Source: Candidatus Latescibacterota bacterium (GTDB lineage: Bacteria > Latescibacterota > UBA2968 > GCA-2709665). Taken from it: DNA of 64,000 nt. Numbering within the stretch: position 1 is the first letter of the stretch; the number at the start of each line of letters is the position of its first letter. The notes under the pieces were generated by a model. It had not been told where the DNA came from. It was given only the letters and a program-made list of their open reading frames with translations, and made no database searches. The stretch lies in NCBI GenBank assembly GCA_965205485.1, contig OZ242180.1, forward strand, positions 3,392,001-3,456,000, read 5' to 3'. The position numbers were made by a program, and so were the translations under genes. Shown here in pieces: positions 49,036 through 58,631 of this stretch.

Positions 49036-49758
49036 TTGAGCTCGTTTATCAGTGATCAAGGACAGCCGATTGGATTTCCGATTCCGGATTGGGAACCGTG
49101 TCGGCCCCCTGCCAGGGAAGTCATGGAGGGCCGGTACTGCCGTCTGGAGCCCTTGAATCTGGACGAGCACTCGTGCGAACTTTACAACGCGATTTCTTCG
49201 GATGAAGATGGAGCCAGCTGGACGTATCTCGCCTATGGACCGTTCGAGAGTTTCGAGGACTACCGCTACTGGCTGTCCGGATGCCTCAAGAGCGACCCTC
49301 TCTTCTTCGCGATTAGGCCCAGCAGCGTGGGCAAGGTCCTCGGTCTCGCAAGTTACGTGAATATCGACCCGCTGAATGGCTGCATTGAGGTTGGGCACAT
49401 TTACTACCCCGAGCGCTTGAAACGGACACCAGCCGCCACTGAGGCGATGTATCTCATGATGAGACACGCGTTTGACCTCGGATACCGACGATACTCATGG
49501 AAATGTGATAGTCTCAATGCTGCTTCTCGAGCTGCGGCTCAGAGGCTCGGATTGTCGTATGAAGGCGTGTTCCGACATGCCAAGATTTACAATGGACGAA
49601 ATCGGGACACCGCCTGGTTTGCCGCGATTGACTCCGAATGGCCTGCTTTGCGAACGGCCTTTGAAACCTGGCTAAACCCGTCGAACTTTGACGAAGCGGG
49701 CAACCAACGCAAGAGGCTATCCGATCTGACGGCCCCGATACTCAAAGAAAAAGGCTGA
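49036..49758 (+). CDS. GNAT acetyltransferase (RimJ/RimL type)
   Basis: 'IEVGHI' and 'WKCDSLNAASRAAAQRLG..EGVFR'. Confidence 0.85.
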   Translation: MSSFISDQGQPIGFPIPDWEPCRPPAREVMEGRYCRLEPLNLDEHSCELYNAISSDEDGASWTYLAYGPFESFEDYRYWLSGCLKSDPLFFAIRPSSVGKVLGLASYVNIDPLNGCIEVGHIYYPERLKRTPAATEAMYLMMRHAFDLGYRRYSWKCDSLNAASRAAAQRLGLSYEGVFRHAKIYNGRNRDTAWFAAIDSEWPALRTAFETWLNPSNFDEAGNQRKRLSDLTAPILKEKG

Positions 49759-49770
49759 TTGGTTCCTCTT

Positions 49771-49853
49771 GCCGCCCAATCGGCGTCGCTGAGTGGAAGG
49801 GCCCGCCCCGTCACGACCTCGGCGCGCACCATCGCAGACACCAGTCGTTGGCG
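49771..49853 (+). other. attC-like site
   Basis: Complementary outer arms CCGCCCAAT.CGGCGT...ACACCAGTC.GTTGGCGG. Confidence 0.6.
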
Positions 49854-49896
49854 GAAATCACTATTGAGAAATGTCCCGTTCAATTGGAGCAGGTCG

Positions 49897-50640
49897 TTGT
49901 CGAAAAAATGTCGTGAAGATTTCGAAGGCCTTGCGAAGGCTGGGCGGGTGGTTGCCGCTACGTTGAGAGAAATGGCGGGTTCCGTTCGCGCCGGAGTAAC
50001 CACAGCGGACGTTGATCGCGCCGGCGAGTTGGTGCTCGAGCGGTACGGCGCAACGTCCGCACCCCGGCTGTTCTACGGTTTTCCCGGCGTCAATCTTATC
50101 AGCGTCAATGACGAGATTGTTCACGGTATCCCGGGTGATCGAGTGCTTGAAAAGGGTGATATTGTAAGCCTGGACGTCACTGCCGAACTGAATGGCTACA
50201 TTGCAGATGCAGCTATCACCATCCCCATTCCTCCATGCACCCCGAAAGCCGTTGGATTGTGCAGGTGCGCCCGCACGGCATTTGAAATGGCGGTGGCCGT
50301 CGCTCGTGCGGGCAAACCGATCAACTGCATCGGCCGTGCCGTAGAGCAAGAGGTGACGCGACAAGGATTCCGGGTTGTCAGTGAGCTTACAGGGCATGGC
50401 ATCGGTCGCGTTATCCATGAAGACCCCATCGTTGCCAACACCTTTGATCCGCTCGATTCGACGCCGCTTACGAATGGTCTTGTGATCACGATCGAGCCAT
50501 TGATTGCCGAGAATCCGGCCCGGGCCGTTGAAGACAGCGACGGTTGGACCATGAAAACCTCGAACGGATCTCTCTCGGCTCATTATGAGCATACCGTTGT
50601 CATTACCGATGGCCGGCCTATCCTGCTGACTGCGGCTTGA
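49897..50640 (+). CDS. map: Type I methionine aminopeptidase (accessory paralog)
   Basis: 'SVNDEIVHGIPG', 'GHGIG', 'TIEP' and 'SAHYEHT'; TTG start inferred. Confidence 0.9.
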   Translation: MSKKCREDFEGLAKAGRVVAATLREMAGSVRAGVTTADVDRAGELVLERYGATSAPRLFYGFPGVNLISVNDEIVHGIPGDRVLEKGDIVSLDVTAELNGYIADAAITIPIPPCTPKAVGLCRCARTAFEMAVAVARAGKPINCIGRAVEQEVTRQGFRVVSELTGHGIGRVIHEDPIVANTFDPLDSTPLTNGLVITIEPLIAENPARAVEDSDGWTMKTSNGSLSAHYEHTVVITDGRPILLTAA

Positions 50641-50768
50641 GGACCCTGACTTCAAAAGGCACGCTCGTTCTCGGCTTCGTTGACGCGGTGCAAGCATGTC
50701 ACCACGCCTCGATTCGGACGCGGCCAAACGTAATGCGTCATTGGCGGACGTCTCAGAGGGCATTCGAA

Positions 50769-51671
50769 ATGGTCAGCCCTGAATGCCAACCAATAATCAT
50801 ACTTGGCGCAGAGCGCAGCGGGACATCCGTGGTTGCCGAGATGGTGCACACATGGGGCGCGTATGCAGGCGCTTCCAAAAAGTTGCACGCGGCTGACGCG
50901 CATGCGCCCAGAGGTTATTGGGAATACCTGCCGTTATGGGATTTTCTGGCCGAGTTAGGGGATTTTGCTTCCGGTGCGACCTGGTGGGACCGTGACTTTC
51001 AACATCGAATCGGAAATTATGCTTCTGACCCGGAGTATCGAACAAAAGCCGCTGTCCTGATGTCAGAGATGGACGAGGGTGGCCCCTGGTTCTGGAAGGA
51101 TCCTGCGCTCTGTCATTATCTCCCGTTTTTTAAACAGATATGGGGAGATGCGATTTATATAATCACAGTTCGCCACCCTCTGGATACAGCCGTGTCCTGG
51201 CAGAAGTTCATCATGCCGTCCAATTTGAACGACCGGATCTCGTTCCTGGCGATGAATCTGCTGCGCTGGCAGCACATGATGACGCTGATCCTGCGCCACA
51301 CCGAAGACGCTGCGCACCGGCTTTTTGTTGGATACGAAGATATCATGCGAAAACCACACGTGCAGGCCGAGAGATTGTCCAACTTCCTGAACTCGAAGTT
51401 CGAGAATCGAGACTCGCGAATTCAGCCGATGGCCGATACGGTTGATTCTCGATTGTGGCGCAATAATTGTGGAATCTCCTTTGACCGGGCGCCAGAGGCG
51501 ACAGAGCACCAGAAAGCGCTCTACGCCTTTGCAAGGCAGAAGATCATCGATCCATTTCACCCGTTCGACAGCGCCAGGTATCCGATGCCACCCGGATATC
51601 TTGAGTTTCTGAACATACAAGAGGCTTTGCTGAAGGCGTGTCGAGACCTTGAAACGGTTACGCACGCCTGA
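50769..51671 (+). CDS. Sulfotransferase family protein
   Basis: 'LGAERSGTS', 'WKDP' and 'VRHPLD'. Confidence 0.8.
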   Translation: MVSPECQPIIILGAERSGTSVVAEMVHTWGAYAGASKKLHAADAHAPRGYWEYLPLWDFLAELGDFASGATWWDRDFQHRIGNYASDPEYRTKAAVLMSEMDEGGPWFWKDPALCHYLPFFKQIWGDAIYIITVRHPLDTAVSWQKFIMPSNLNDRISFLAMNLLRWQHMMTLILRHTEDAAHRLFVGYEDIMRKPHVQAERLSNFLNSKFENRDSRIQPMADTVDSRLWRNNCGISFDRAPEATEHQKALYAFARQKIIDPFHPFDSARYPMPPGYLEFLNIQEALLKACRDLETVTHA

Positions 51672-51854
51672 AACCGCACCCCTTGTTGGGACGCATTCGA
51701 CCGAATGGCTGGGTACAAATGAAACCAAGTATGTTCAATCAGACGCAGAGTATTCCACATCCTGCCGCGCAGCAATTTGAGCTCCGCGCCTGTCGGCGCC
51801 TGGCCCTCGGCAACCCACATTCGCAGGTTTGCAAACTGGCGTGATGTTATTCCT

Positions 51855-52646
51855 ATGACGAACGCTATTGATTCAACGAACAACACAGAGCTCGTAGCAA
51901 CGCTGGAAGAGGCAGCGTTGAACGGGCTACCCGCGTTGCAAACAGAGTTCTACGACGGCTGGATCGTTCGAATGTCTGAGGGATACAGTCGCCGTGCCAA
52001 TTGTGTAGTCCCGCTGTACGGATCCACAACCCAGCTCCAGGAGAAGCTGGTTCATTGTGAAGCTGCGTACGCGCGGGCATCGCTACCTTGTCTTTTCAAG
52101 ATTTTTCCAACCTGTAAACCTGGGAATTTGGACGAGACATTGGCCCAGCGTCAATACTCCAGTGACGCCGAAACGCTGGTTCAAACCAAGCGACTTGAGG
52201 CCAGTCCCGATAGCTCCTCTGCCGTATCGCTATACGAATGTGCAACAGATGAGTGGTTCGAAACCTGGAGAGGTCTGTCTGATCGCAATCAGCACTCTGA
52301 GGTATTTCGCAGTCTGCTCAACGCCACCTCCACTCCGTCGGCCTATGTTATCGCCCGGACTGATGGTAAATCCGTAGGTTGCGCCCGCGCAGTTGTTTCG
52401 GGCTCAATCATAGGTCTCTTTGACTTGCTGGTAGATCCCGAGCATCGGGGACAGAGCTTTGGCCGTCGGCTCCTTGAGGCACGGCTAAAGTGGGGATTTG
52501 AGCAGGGAGCGCGTCTGGCATACCTGCAGGTGATGGCTAACAACGAGCCAGCTCTGGCTCTGCAACGCAAGTTTGGTTTCAGCGAGTTATACAGGTATTG
52601 GTATCGAGTGCAATCCGTCTCAGATTCGGAGGACACAAACTGTTGA
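51855..52646 (+). CDS. GNAT acetyltransferase
   Basis: 'GYSRRAN', 'VDPEHRGQSFG' and 'YLQVMANN'. Confidence 0.85.
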   Translation: MTNAIDSTNNTELVATLEEAALNGLPALQTEFYDGWIVRMSEGYSRRANCVVPLYGSTTQLQEKLVHCEAAYARASLPCLFKIFPTCKPGNLDETLAQRQYSSDAETLVQTKRLEASPDSSSAVSLYECATDEWFETWRGLSDRNQHSEVFRSLLNATSTPSAYVIARTDGKSVGCARAVVSGSIIGLFDLLVDPEHRGQSFGRRLLEARLKWGFEQGARLAYLQVMANNEPALALQRKFGFSELYRYWYRVQSVSDSEDTNC

Positions 52647-52713
52647 GGTCAACTCACCGCATAACACGTATGTGTCCAGCATCAGGCACGGCGAATCGTA
52701 TCGGGAGATCGAG

Positions 52714-53955
52714 ATGAACAAGCGAACAAGCTTCCAACTGTTGTTGGCAGCACTGTTGTTGAGCGGGTTTACGGTCGGCGCGAACCAGATTCCACCCTTG
52801 AACACCAACGTGCAAGAGAAGGTGACCGAGGTTGCCCCCGGATTGGTTCGGACGCACATATCCGCGGACTCGACCGGCGAGGGGCTTCCCCAGAACATCC
52901 ACGTGGCGGAGATAGACCTGCGGAAGTACCGAATGAAGATGGTCATGGCGATGAATCAGATCATCGGGCAGGAGGCGACAAGCGATATGGCAAGGAGATA
53001 CAACGCCCTTGTCGCCGTGAATGCAGGATACTCCTTTTCAAACAATGCGTGGAACATCTTTCACGGCGATCCAAGCGAGTTCTTTGTTCTGGATGGAAAG
53101 ATAATGAGCGAACCACGATCGCCCGGTCGCAGGAGCGTTGGAATCTGTACGAGGAACGACAGGCAGACCTTGATCGTCGCGGAACCACTGTTGAATATAA
53201 CGGTGACAATGGATGACAGTGAAGAGAGCGAGGTGACCGGAATCAACCGGAGACGAAACGAAGTCCGTGGATGGGATAAAGAAGGGGCCGAAAAAGAAGA
53301 ACTCGACAAGAATGACCTCATCCTCTATACACCGGAGTGGAACCGAAGTACACTCACCGACCGGAATGGTGTCGAGGCAATCGTGCGGGAGGATACGGTT
53401 TCAGCCCTCCACGACAATGCGGGATCCAATCTCATCCCTTCCAACGGATACGTCCTTTCCGGGTCCGGCAAGTACGCCGACTGCCTGAAGCAGCACGCGC
53501 GGGTGGGTTCAAAGGTGAAGATCAGCTATCAGCTGACCTCCCGGGAGAATCCGGGGAGCCCGCTTCCATTGGAAGATTGCAGCTATACGAGCGCCGGGAC
53601 ACTGCTGATTCGAGATGGCCGGCGGTTTACTGATTACGGCGCCGAGTCCTTTGAGCCCTGGTTTTATGATCTAAGACATCCCAGGACGGCGATAGGGATA
53701 TCAAGAGACAATAACACGCTATGGCTGATCGTCGCTGATGGTCGCCAGCCCAATCTGGCCATGGGGATGACCCTGCCGGAGCTCACGGATCTCCTTGCAG
53801 ACCTTGGGGCCCACAATGCCTATAACCTGGATGGAGGGGGTTCCAGCACGATGGTGGTCCGGGGTGAAGTGGTGAACAGTTATTCGGATATTCACCGGGG
53901 CGGCGTTCGCAAGGAGCGCCGCCGGTGCGATGCAATACTGGTGTTTCCGCGATAG
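52714..53955 (+). CDS. Phosphodiester glycosidase (NAGPA) family, secreted
   Basis: 'VNAGY', 'HPRTAIG' and 'NLDGGGSS'. Confidence 0.85.
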   Translation: MNKRTSFQLLLAALLLSGFTVGANQIPPLNTNVQEKVTEVAPGLVRTHISADSTGEGLPQNIHVAEIDLRKYRMKMVMAMNQIIGQEATSDMARRYNALVAVNAGYSFSNNAWNIFHGDPSEFFVLDGKIMSEPRSPGRRSVGICTRNDRQTLIVAEPLLNITVTMDDSEESEVTGINRRRNEVRGWDKEGAEKEELDKNDLILYTPEWNRSTLTDRNGVEAIVREDTVSALHDNAGSNLIPSNGYVLSGSGKYADCLKQHARVGSKVKISYQLTSRENPGSPLPLEDCSYTSAGTLLIRDGRRFTDYGAESFEPWFYDLRHPRTAIGISRDNNTLWLIVADGRQPNLAMGMTLPELTDLLADLGAHNAYNLDGGGSSTMVVRGEVVNSYSDIHRGGVRKERRRCDAILVFPR

Positions 53956-54041
53956 GCGAAAACGGTAGCGCGACCGCTTGGAAGGCTTTCTGCGCGTTAC
54001 CATTGGCTGAATGTCGACTTAACGAAACGGGGCAAGCACGG

Positions 54042-54803
54042 ATGTCGATAGAACGAAGTGAAGACTTCATTCTCGCAGCTTTGTTCCTCTCTCGCTGCGG
54101 TCGCAAAGTAGACTCGGGCAGGCCGCTTCCACCTGAGGAATTGGGAACCGATTCATGGGCCAAAGCCTACGCGTCGTTCTTTGACGCACTTGGCGACGGC
54201 AGAAGTTTCCGAACCTTCCACAACAGTCTAAAGGCTTCACGTGATCAGTTCGACAGTCACGTCGACTCCGGACGTCGCGGCTGGCGGGTCGGGGGTCAAC
54301 CGAAGGCTCTTCCAAAACGAGATGCTCGCGTGCTGAAGCAGTGGAAAGCTCGTACCGACGCTGAGGTCTGGGAAGCGGTACGCCACCTTGTGGACGTCGA
54401 CGCCGTAACCATTCCTTCGTCCGTGCTGAGCGATCTTCAGGCCGAGTCGGTTGAGGATCGCGAGAAGGTAACAGTGGGCATTGAGGGAAATACCAAAGCT
54501 GTAGTGTCGCGAAGACGAGAACGAAGTCCTCGACTTCGGGCTGCGGCGCTACGAATTCATGGATACAAGTGCCAGGTGTGTGGATTTTCCTTTGAGCAGG
54601 TTTACGGCAGATGGGGGCGTGATTTCGCGGAGGTCCATCACATGCAGGAGCTCAGTACGGCGCCTGATGAAGGACTTGAAGTCGATCCGTGCCAAGACAT
54701 GTCGGTGGTCTGCAGCAATTGCCACCGTATGATCCACAGAAAAGCCAAGCATGCACTGACCCTCGACGAGCTAAGGGACATCATCGCCAAGACAGTATCG
54801 TAG
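54042..54803 (+). CDS. HNH endonuclease (McrA-like)
   Basis: 'CQVCGF...EVHH...CSNCHRMIH'. Confidence 0.85.
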   Translation: MSIERSEDFILAALFLSRCGRKVDSGRPLPPEELGTDSWAKAYASFFDALGDGRSFRTFHNSLKASRDQFDSHVDSGRRGWRVGGQPKALPKRDARVLKQWKARTDAEVWEAVRHLVDVDAVTIPSSVLSDLQAESVEDREKVTVGIEGNTKAVVSRRRERSPRLRAAALRIHGYKCQVCGFSFEQVYGRWGRDFAEVHHMQELSTAPDEGLEVDPCQDMSVVCSNCHRMIHRKAKHALTLDELRDIIAKTVS

Positions 54804-54984
54804 TAGGCCGGTGAGCCTTTGCCAAAAATAAAACCGGTGTTGACACCTTGGCGGTACTTTGCTGGAGACAACATCCTCGCGCCCGGTTCGGCGCATGGGT
54901 GCCCTCTCCCAATCGTTTCTCGATTCGGGACATCGAACCGTAAATTCCAGGGCAATGTCTATCCTGATACGGGAAGCAATCATA

Positions 54985-55797
54985 ATGGTTAACACAGACC
55001 TGCCAGTGATTACACGAAGCAGATTGGTGTCTGATCTGTCGAGCCTGGGGCTTGTCTCGGGCGACACGGTGATGTTGCATGCTTCCGTCAGGGCGGTCGG
55101 CTGGATCGTTGGGGGGCCTGACATGGTACTTCGGGCGATCCTGTACGTGATCGGTTCAACGGGAACCTTGATGATGTACATCAAGTGCGAGGATCCATTG
55201 AACGAAATTGACGATTGGCCGGAGGACTGGCAGAAAGCCTATCTGGCAGAGTGTCCACCGTTCGATCCGTACCGGACTCGCGCCAATCGTCGATGGAGCA
55301 TCCTTACGGAGTACCTGCGCACGTGGCCCGAGGTCCGATGCAGCGACCATCCCGAGGCGCGGGTGGCGGCAGTCGGGGCAAAGGCGGAATGGATAACGGC
55401 AGACCATCCGTTGCAATTCGGCTATGGCGCAGGTTCCCCGCTTGAGAAGTTGTGTGACGTTGGGGGGAAGGTTCTGTTGCTGGGGCCGCTCTTTGATAGC
55501 CTGACCATACTTCACTACGCGGAGCATCTGGCCGCCATACCCGATAAGAGAACCGAGCGCTATCGTTGGCCAGTGTTGCGAGATGGCAGGCGCGAATGGA
55601 TCGGGTTCGAACAGTTCGATACGTCCAGCGGAATCGTTGACCGGCTCCACGGTGACTATTTCCAGCGCATAGTAGTAGAATTTCTCGATCACGGAAGCGT
55701 CGCGCGGTCGAAGGTTGGCGCCGCGGACTCGTATCTGTTCCATGCAAGGGACCTGGCGGACTTTGCCATCGAATGGCTGGAGAGAAAACTCGGCTAG
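54985..55797 (+). CDS. Aminoglycoside 3-N-acetyltransferase family (AAC(3), Antibiotic_NAT)
   Basis: 'MLHASVRAVGWIVGG', 'GSPLEKL', 'TILHYAE' and 'FDTS'. Confidence 0.85.
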   Translation: MVNTDLPVITRSRLVSDLSSLGLVSGDTVMLHASVRAVGWIVGGPDMVLRAILYVIGSTGTLMMYIKCEDPLNEIDDWPEDWQKAYLAECPPFDPYRTRANRRWSILTEYLRTWPEVRCSDHPEARVAAVGAKAEWITADHPLQFGYGAGSPLEKLCDVGGKVLLLGPLFDSLTILHYAEHLAAIPDKRTERYRWPVLRDGRREWIGFEQFDTSSGIVDRLHGDYFQRIVVEFLDHGSVARSKVGAADSYLFHARDLADFAIEWLERKLG

Positions 55798-55818
55798 ACT
55801 CTGTGAATCCCGCACAGC

Positions 55819-55870
55819 GGTCAACGGCGTTGTTCGGAGTGTCGAAGGCGTTAACCAGCGCTTGTTAGAT
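55819..55870 (+). other. attC-like site (short)
   Basis: GGTCAAC-GGCGTTGTT...AACCAGCGCTT-GTTAGAT; 52 bp. Confidence 0.55.
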
Positions 55871-55881
55871 GCATTCTTGAA

Positions 55882-56940
55882 ATGTTCGTTCTCAATCTCA
55901 CACGCTCGCAGCGTGAATCCTACGGATTGATCTGGGGGAGCTTCACAAACTTCGATTGGACCTTTCTGGGCCGCGAGAGGACGTTTGGATTCTACGGCAG
56001 ATTGGGAGTGGATGTAGCTGGACGCGTAGACCTGCTTGGTCTATGCGTGGTTTGCTCGGCAAAACACACAGTTGATGAACACGGAGGCTTGCCGAAACAT
56101 CTCAGACAGAAGCTGTGTTCCAGATCAGGGAATCCTGCTCATGAGCCTGCCGACTGGAATGTTGAATTCATGGTCTCCGAAAATGCCGGAGGAACCGCGG
56201 CGAGTCATCTTCTGCTGAGCTATGGTGACTCGAGTGACCTGAGAAAAGTCCATTTCAGTCGCTTCGAGTCGAAAGCGAAGGAGACGAATGATCCACTTGT
56301 AGCCAGAAACGAATACTACCCGGTCAGCACGAGAGCGTGTCCGGAAGCCGCAAAAGAGATCGCGGTTTCAGACCTGCAATCTCTCGTTTCACAAAACCCC
56401 GTGGTTGCCCTCACGGGAGCCGGAGTTTCCGCAAGCAGCGGCATCCCGACCTTCAGAGGAGCACAGGGATTGGAGCGGCACTTCCCGTTGCATGAACCGT
56501 TTCCTGGCGCCGTGGCGGAATTCATGATCGAAAGGCCTCGAGAACTCGCGAGGATTCTTGTGAGATTTCAAGCTGCATTCATCCAGGCGGAACCCAACGA
56601 TGCGCACAGGGCTCTGGCGGATCTCGAGGAGAGAGGGCGTGTCCGGCACATTATTACAGGCAATGGAGATAAGCTCCACGAGAGGGCGGGATCTGTGAAC
56701 GTCCACCTGAAGAAACCTGACGACTTCAAACCGGGTGCGAGTGGATGGGCGTGGCTATCTGAAGGCAACGTCCTTCTGGCAGTCGGGCTCGGGAGAGACG
56801 AACATGGGTTGATCAGTTATGCCCGCGACAGCGGCATACAGATCGTTTCGGTTTCTCCCGACCGGCCGGAGTTTCTCCACAAGGAAGACTTATTCGTGCA
56901 GGGAAAAGCGGAAAACGTGCTGCCACGTCTCGCGGGCTGA
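55882..56940 (+). CDS. Divergent Sir2/sirtuin-domain protein with an unknown N-terminal extension
   Basis: 'TGAGVSASSGIPTFRG', 'PNDAHRAL' and 'ITGNGDKLHERAG'; Zn subdomain absent. Confidence 0.7.
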   Translation: MFVLNLTRSQRESYGLIWGSFTNFDWTFLGRERTFGFYGRLGVDVAGRVDLLGLCVVCSAKHTVDEHGGLPKHLRQKLCSRSGNPAHEPADWNVEFMVSENAGGTAASHLLLSYGDSSDLRKVHFSRFESKAKETNDPLVARNEYYPVSTRACPEAAKEIAVSDLQSLVSQNPVVALTGAGVSASSGIPTFRGAQGLERHFPLHEPFPGAVAEFMIERPRELARILVRFQAAFIQAEPNDAHRALADLEERGRVRHIITGNGDKLHERAGSVNVHLKKPDDFKPGASGWAWLSEGNVLLAVGLGRDEHGLISYARDSGIQIVSVSPDRPEFLHKEDLFVQGKAENVLPRLAG

Positions 56941-57003
56941 AAGTTGTTGCAGTCGACACGCCCCGACGCCCTCCCACAGCCCTGACTGACTCTCCGTAGC
57001 ATT

Positions 57004-57029
57004 GTAGGGGCGTCCCTTGTGGGCGCCCG
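57004..57029 (+). repeat. GTAG-type REP
   Basis: GTAGGGGCGTCCCTTGTGGGCGCCCG. Confidence 0.7.
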
Positions 57030-57060
57030 CCAAACGCAGTTTTAACTCACGAGGTGAACC

Positions 57061-57471
57061 ATGAAGTCCAAGCTGAAGAACGTCCTGGCAGTCATCGTCG
57101 GTGTTGTTGTCGGCAGTATCGCGAATATGATTCTGGTCACGGTAGGGCCTTATGTCATTCCACCTCCCGATGGCGTCGACGTGACCGACGTGGAATCCAT
57201 TAAGGCTTCGATGCATCTTTTTGAGTTCAGACATTTCATCTTCCCGTTCCTGGCACATGCACTGGGGACCCTTGTGGGCGCATATCTGGCCGCCCTCATC
57301 GCCGCAAGCTACAGGATGGCAGTGGCGATGGTGGTGGGTGGATTCTTCCTGATCGGCGGCATCGCGAACACTTTCATGATAGGGGGACCTGTCCTGTTTA
57401 CGGTCGTGGACCTGGTTGGCGCGTACATACCGATGGCCTGGATAGGCGGAAGATTGAGCGGCAGAAACTAA
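57061..57471 (+). CDS. Small integral membrane protein
   Basis: GAGGT RBS and about four hydrophobic helices. The stop codon lies in the CTAA flanking MITE A copy 5. Confidence 0.75.
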   Translation: MKSKLKNVLAVIVGVVVGSIANMILVTVGPYVIPPPDGVDVTDVESIKASMHLFEFRHFIFPFLAHALGTLVGAYLAALIAASYRMAVAMVVGGFFLIGGIANTFMIGGPVLFTVVDLVGAYIPMAWIGGRLSGRN

Positions 57472-57570
57472 CCAGGATTCGTATGTTTTCGTGGCGGTTA
57501 AATCGAATATATACAAGTTGATAAAGGCGATTAAACTGCGGATTACCAGGATACACCGGGACGTGAATGG
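57472..57570 (+). mobile_element. MITE family A, copy 5 (partial)
   Basis: CTAA|CCAGGATTCGTATGTTTTCGTGG...AAGTTGATAAAGGCGATTA; near-identical to the start of 42228. Confidence 0.8.
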
Positions 57571-57587
57571 CCTGTTCGGCCCCTCAG

Positions 57588-57810
57588 ACCTCTCTCCCCG
57601 GCCCCTCAGAAGCGGGTAGACGGGAGCCGGTAGAGGGGAGAGAATTGCCTGTCCTCGTGAGGATCCCCCCTCCTTCGTAGGTCCGTAAGACGGGAGAGGG
57701 GGAGAAAACCGGGTAGACGGGAGCATTGCCGGATTTCATCTACCGCACGGATTTACCCTCTTACCTCTACCCGCCTTTTTTTCTACCGTCTCACCTCTCC
57801 CGTCTCCCCG
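57588..57810. repeat. Purine/pyrimidine-skewed inverted repeat region
   Basis: CGGGTAGACGGGAG twice and GACGGGAGAGG, answered downstream by CTCTACCCG and CCTCTCCCGTCT. Confidence 0.55.
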
Positions 57811-57895
57811 CATTCAAGCTTTTCGTAGCCAATTTGACTGTTGCCTTTCTTCGATTCGAGGTAATCACAACACAATGATATAGGAGGTCGGAGGC

Positions 57896-58291
57896 ATGGC
57901 CCGTGAGATCATACATCCGGCAAGCGTACACTCGACGGCGGGGGTGGGCTACTCTCACGTCGCAAGGGCCGGCGACACCGTGTACATCGCCGGTCAGATC
58001 GCCCTGGATCCGGGGGGCAATCTGGTAGGAAAGGGCGATATCGAGGCGCAGACACACCAGGTCTACGCGAATCTTCAGGCCATCCTGGAGGAACTCGGCG
58101 GGAGTCTTGAAGACATCGTCAAGCTGACCACATACCTGACCGATCGGAGTCATCTGGATGCCTTTCGCCGTGTCCGCAACCGCTTCTTCACGGACGCGTT
58201 CCCACCGAACACGTTATTGTTCGTCAGCGGCCTCGCTCACCCCGATTATCTGGTCGAGATCGAAGCCGTCGCTTATCTCCCGGGAAGTTAA
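57896..58291 (+). CDS. RidA/YjgF family protein
   Basis: 'YSHVARAGDTVYIAGQ' and 'LVEIEAVA'. Confidence 0.9.
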   Translation: MAREIIHPASVHSTAGVGYSHVARAGDTVYIAGQIALDPGGNLVGKGDIEAQTHQVYANLQAILEELGGSLEDIVKLTTYLTDRSHLDAFRRVRNRFFTDAFPPNTLLFVSGLAHPDYLVEIEAVAYLPGS

Positions 58292-58377
58292 TCGTATAGG
58301 TGGATCAGTGTCCTGCCTCCAAAATACGTCGAAATTATCCCGCCGATTCATACCGTCTCGGTGAAACGTGGTCATTG

Positions 58378-58570
58378 CCAGTGCTGAGCTTGTCGAAGCA
58401 AGCTTGTCGAAATGCCCGCGTTTCACTATTCGCAAGGGGCCAATCGACATTTCTTCGCCGACCCTTCGACCCTTCGACAGGCTCAGAGACCACAGGCTCA
58501 GGGAGCGGCTCAGGGCTGACGCGCTGATATCTGAGCCAGTCGAAGGCGCCGTCCTGAGCTTGTCGAAGGA
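58378..58570. repeat. Cluster of CTTCGACARGCTCAG REP-like units in both orientations
   Basis: CTGAGCTTGTCGAAG twice, CCCTTCGACAGGCTCAG, and CAGGCTCAG tandems. Confidence 0.7.
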
Positions 58571-58631
58571 ATGCGAGCGGGGCGACTCGACAGGTGAATT
58601 CACGCAACTATTCCTGGGAAAGCACACAGAT

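Noticed and set aside
47986..49467. 493-aa minus-strand ORF
   Set aside because: Antisense to the SDR and GNAT genes, with no motifs.
57264..57282. GGGACCCTTGTGGGCGC resembling the GTAG REP
   Set aside because: It lies inside a coding helix (LGTLVGA) and lacks the GTAG foot and hairpin, so it is probably coincidental.
58368..58631. Long N-terminal extensions in the ORF track (also at 30085, 35332, 49759, 52573, 7066)
   Set aside because: They read through repeats, attC sites or upstream genes. Downstream starts fit RBS position and family length better.
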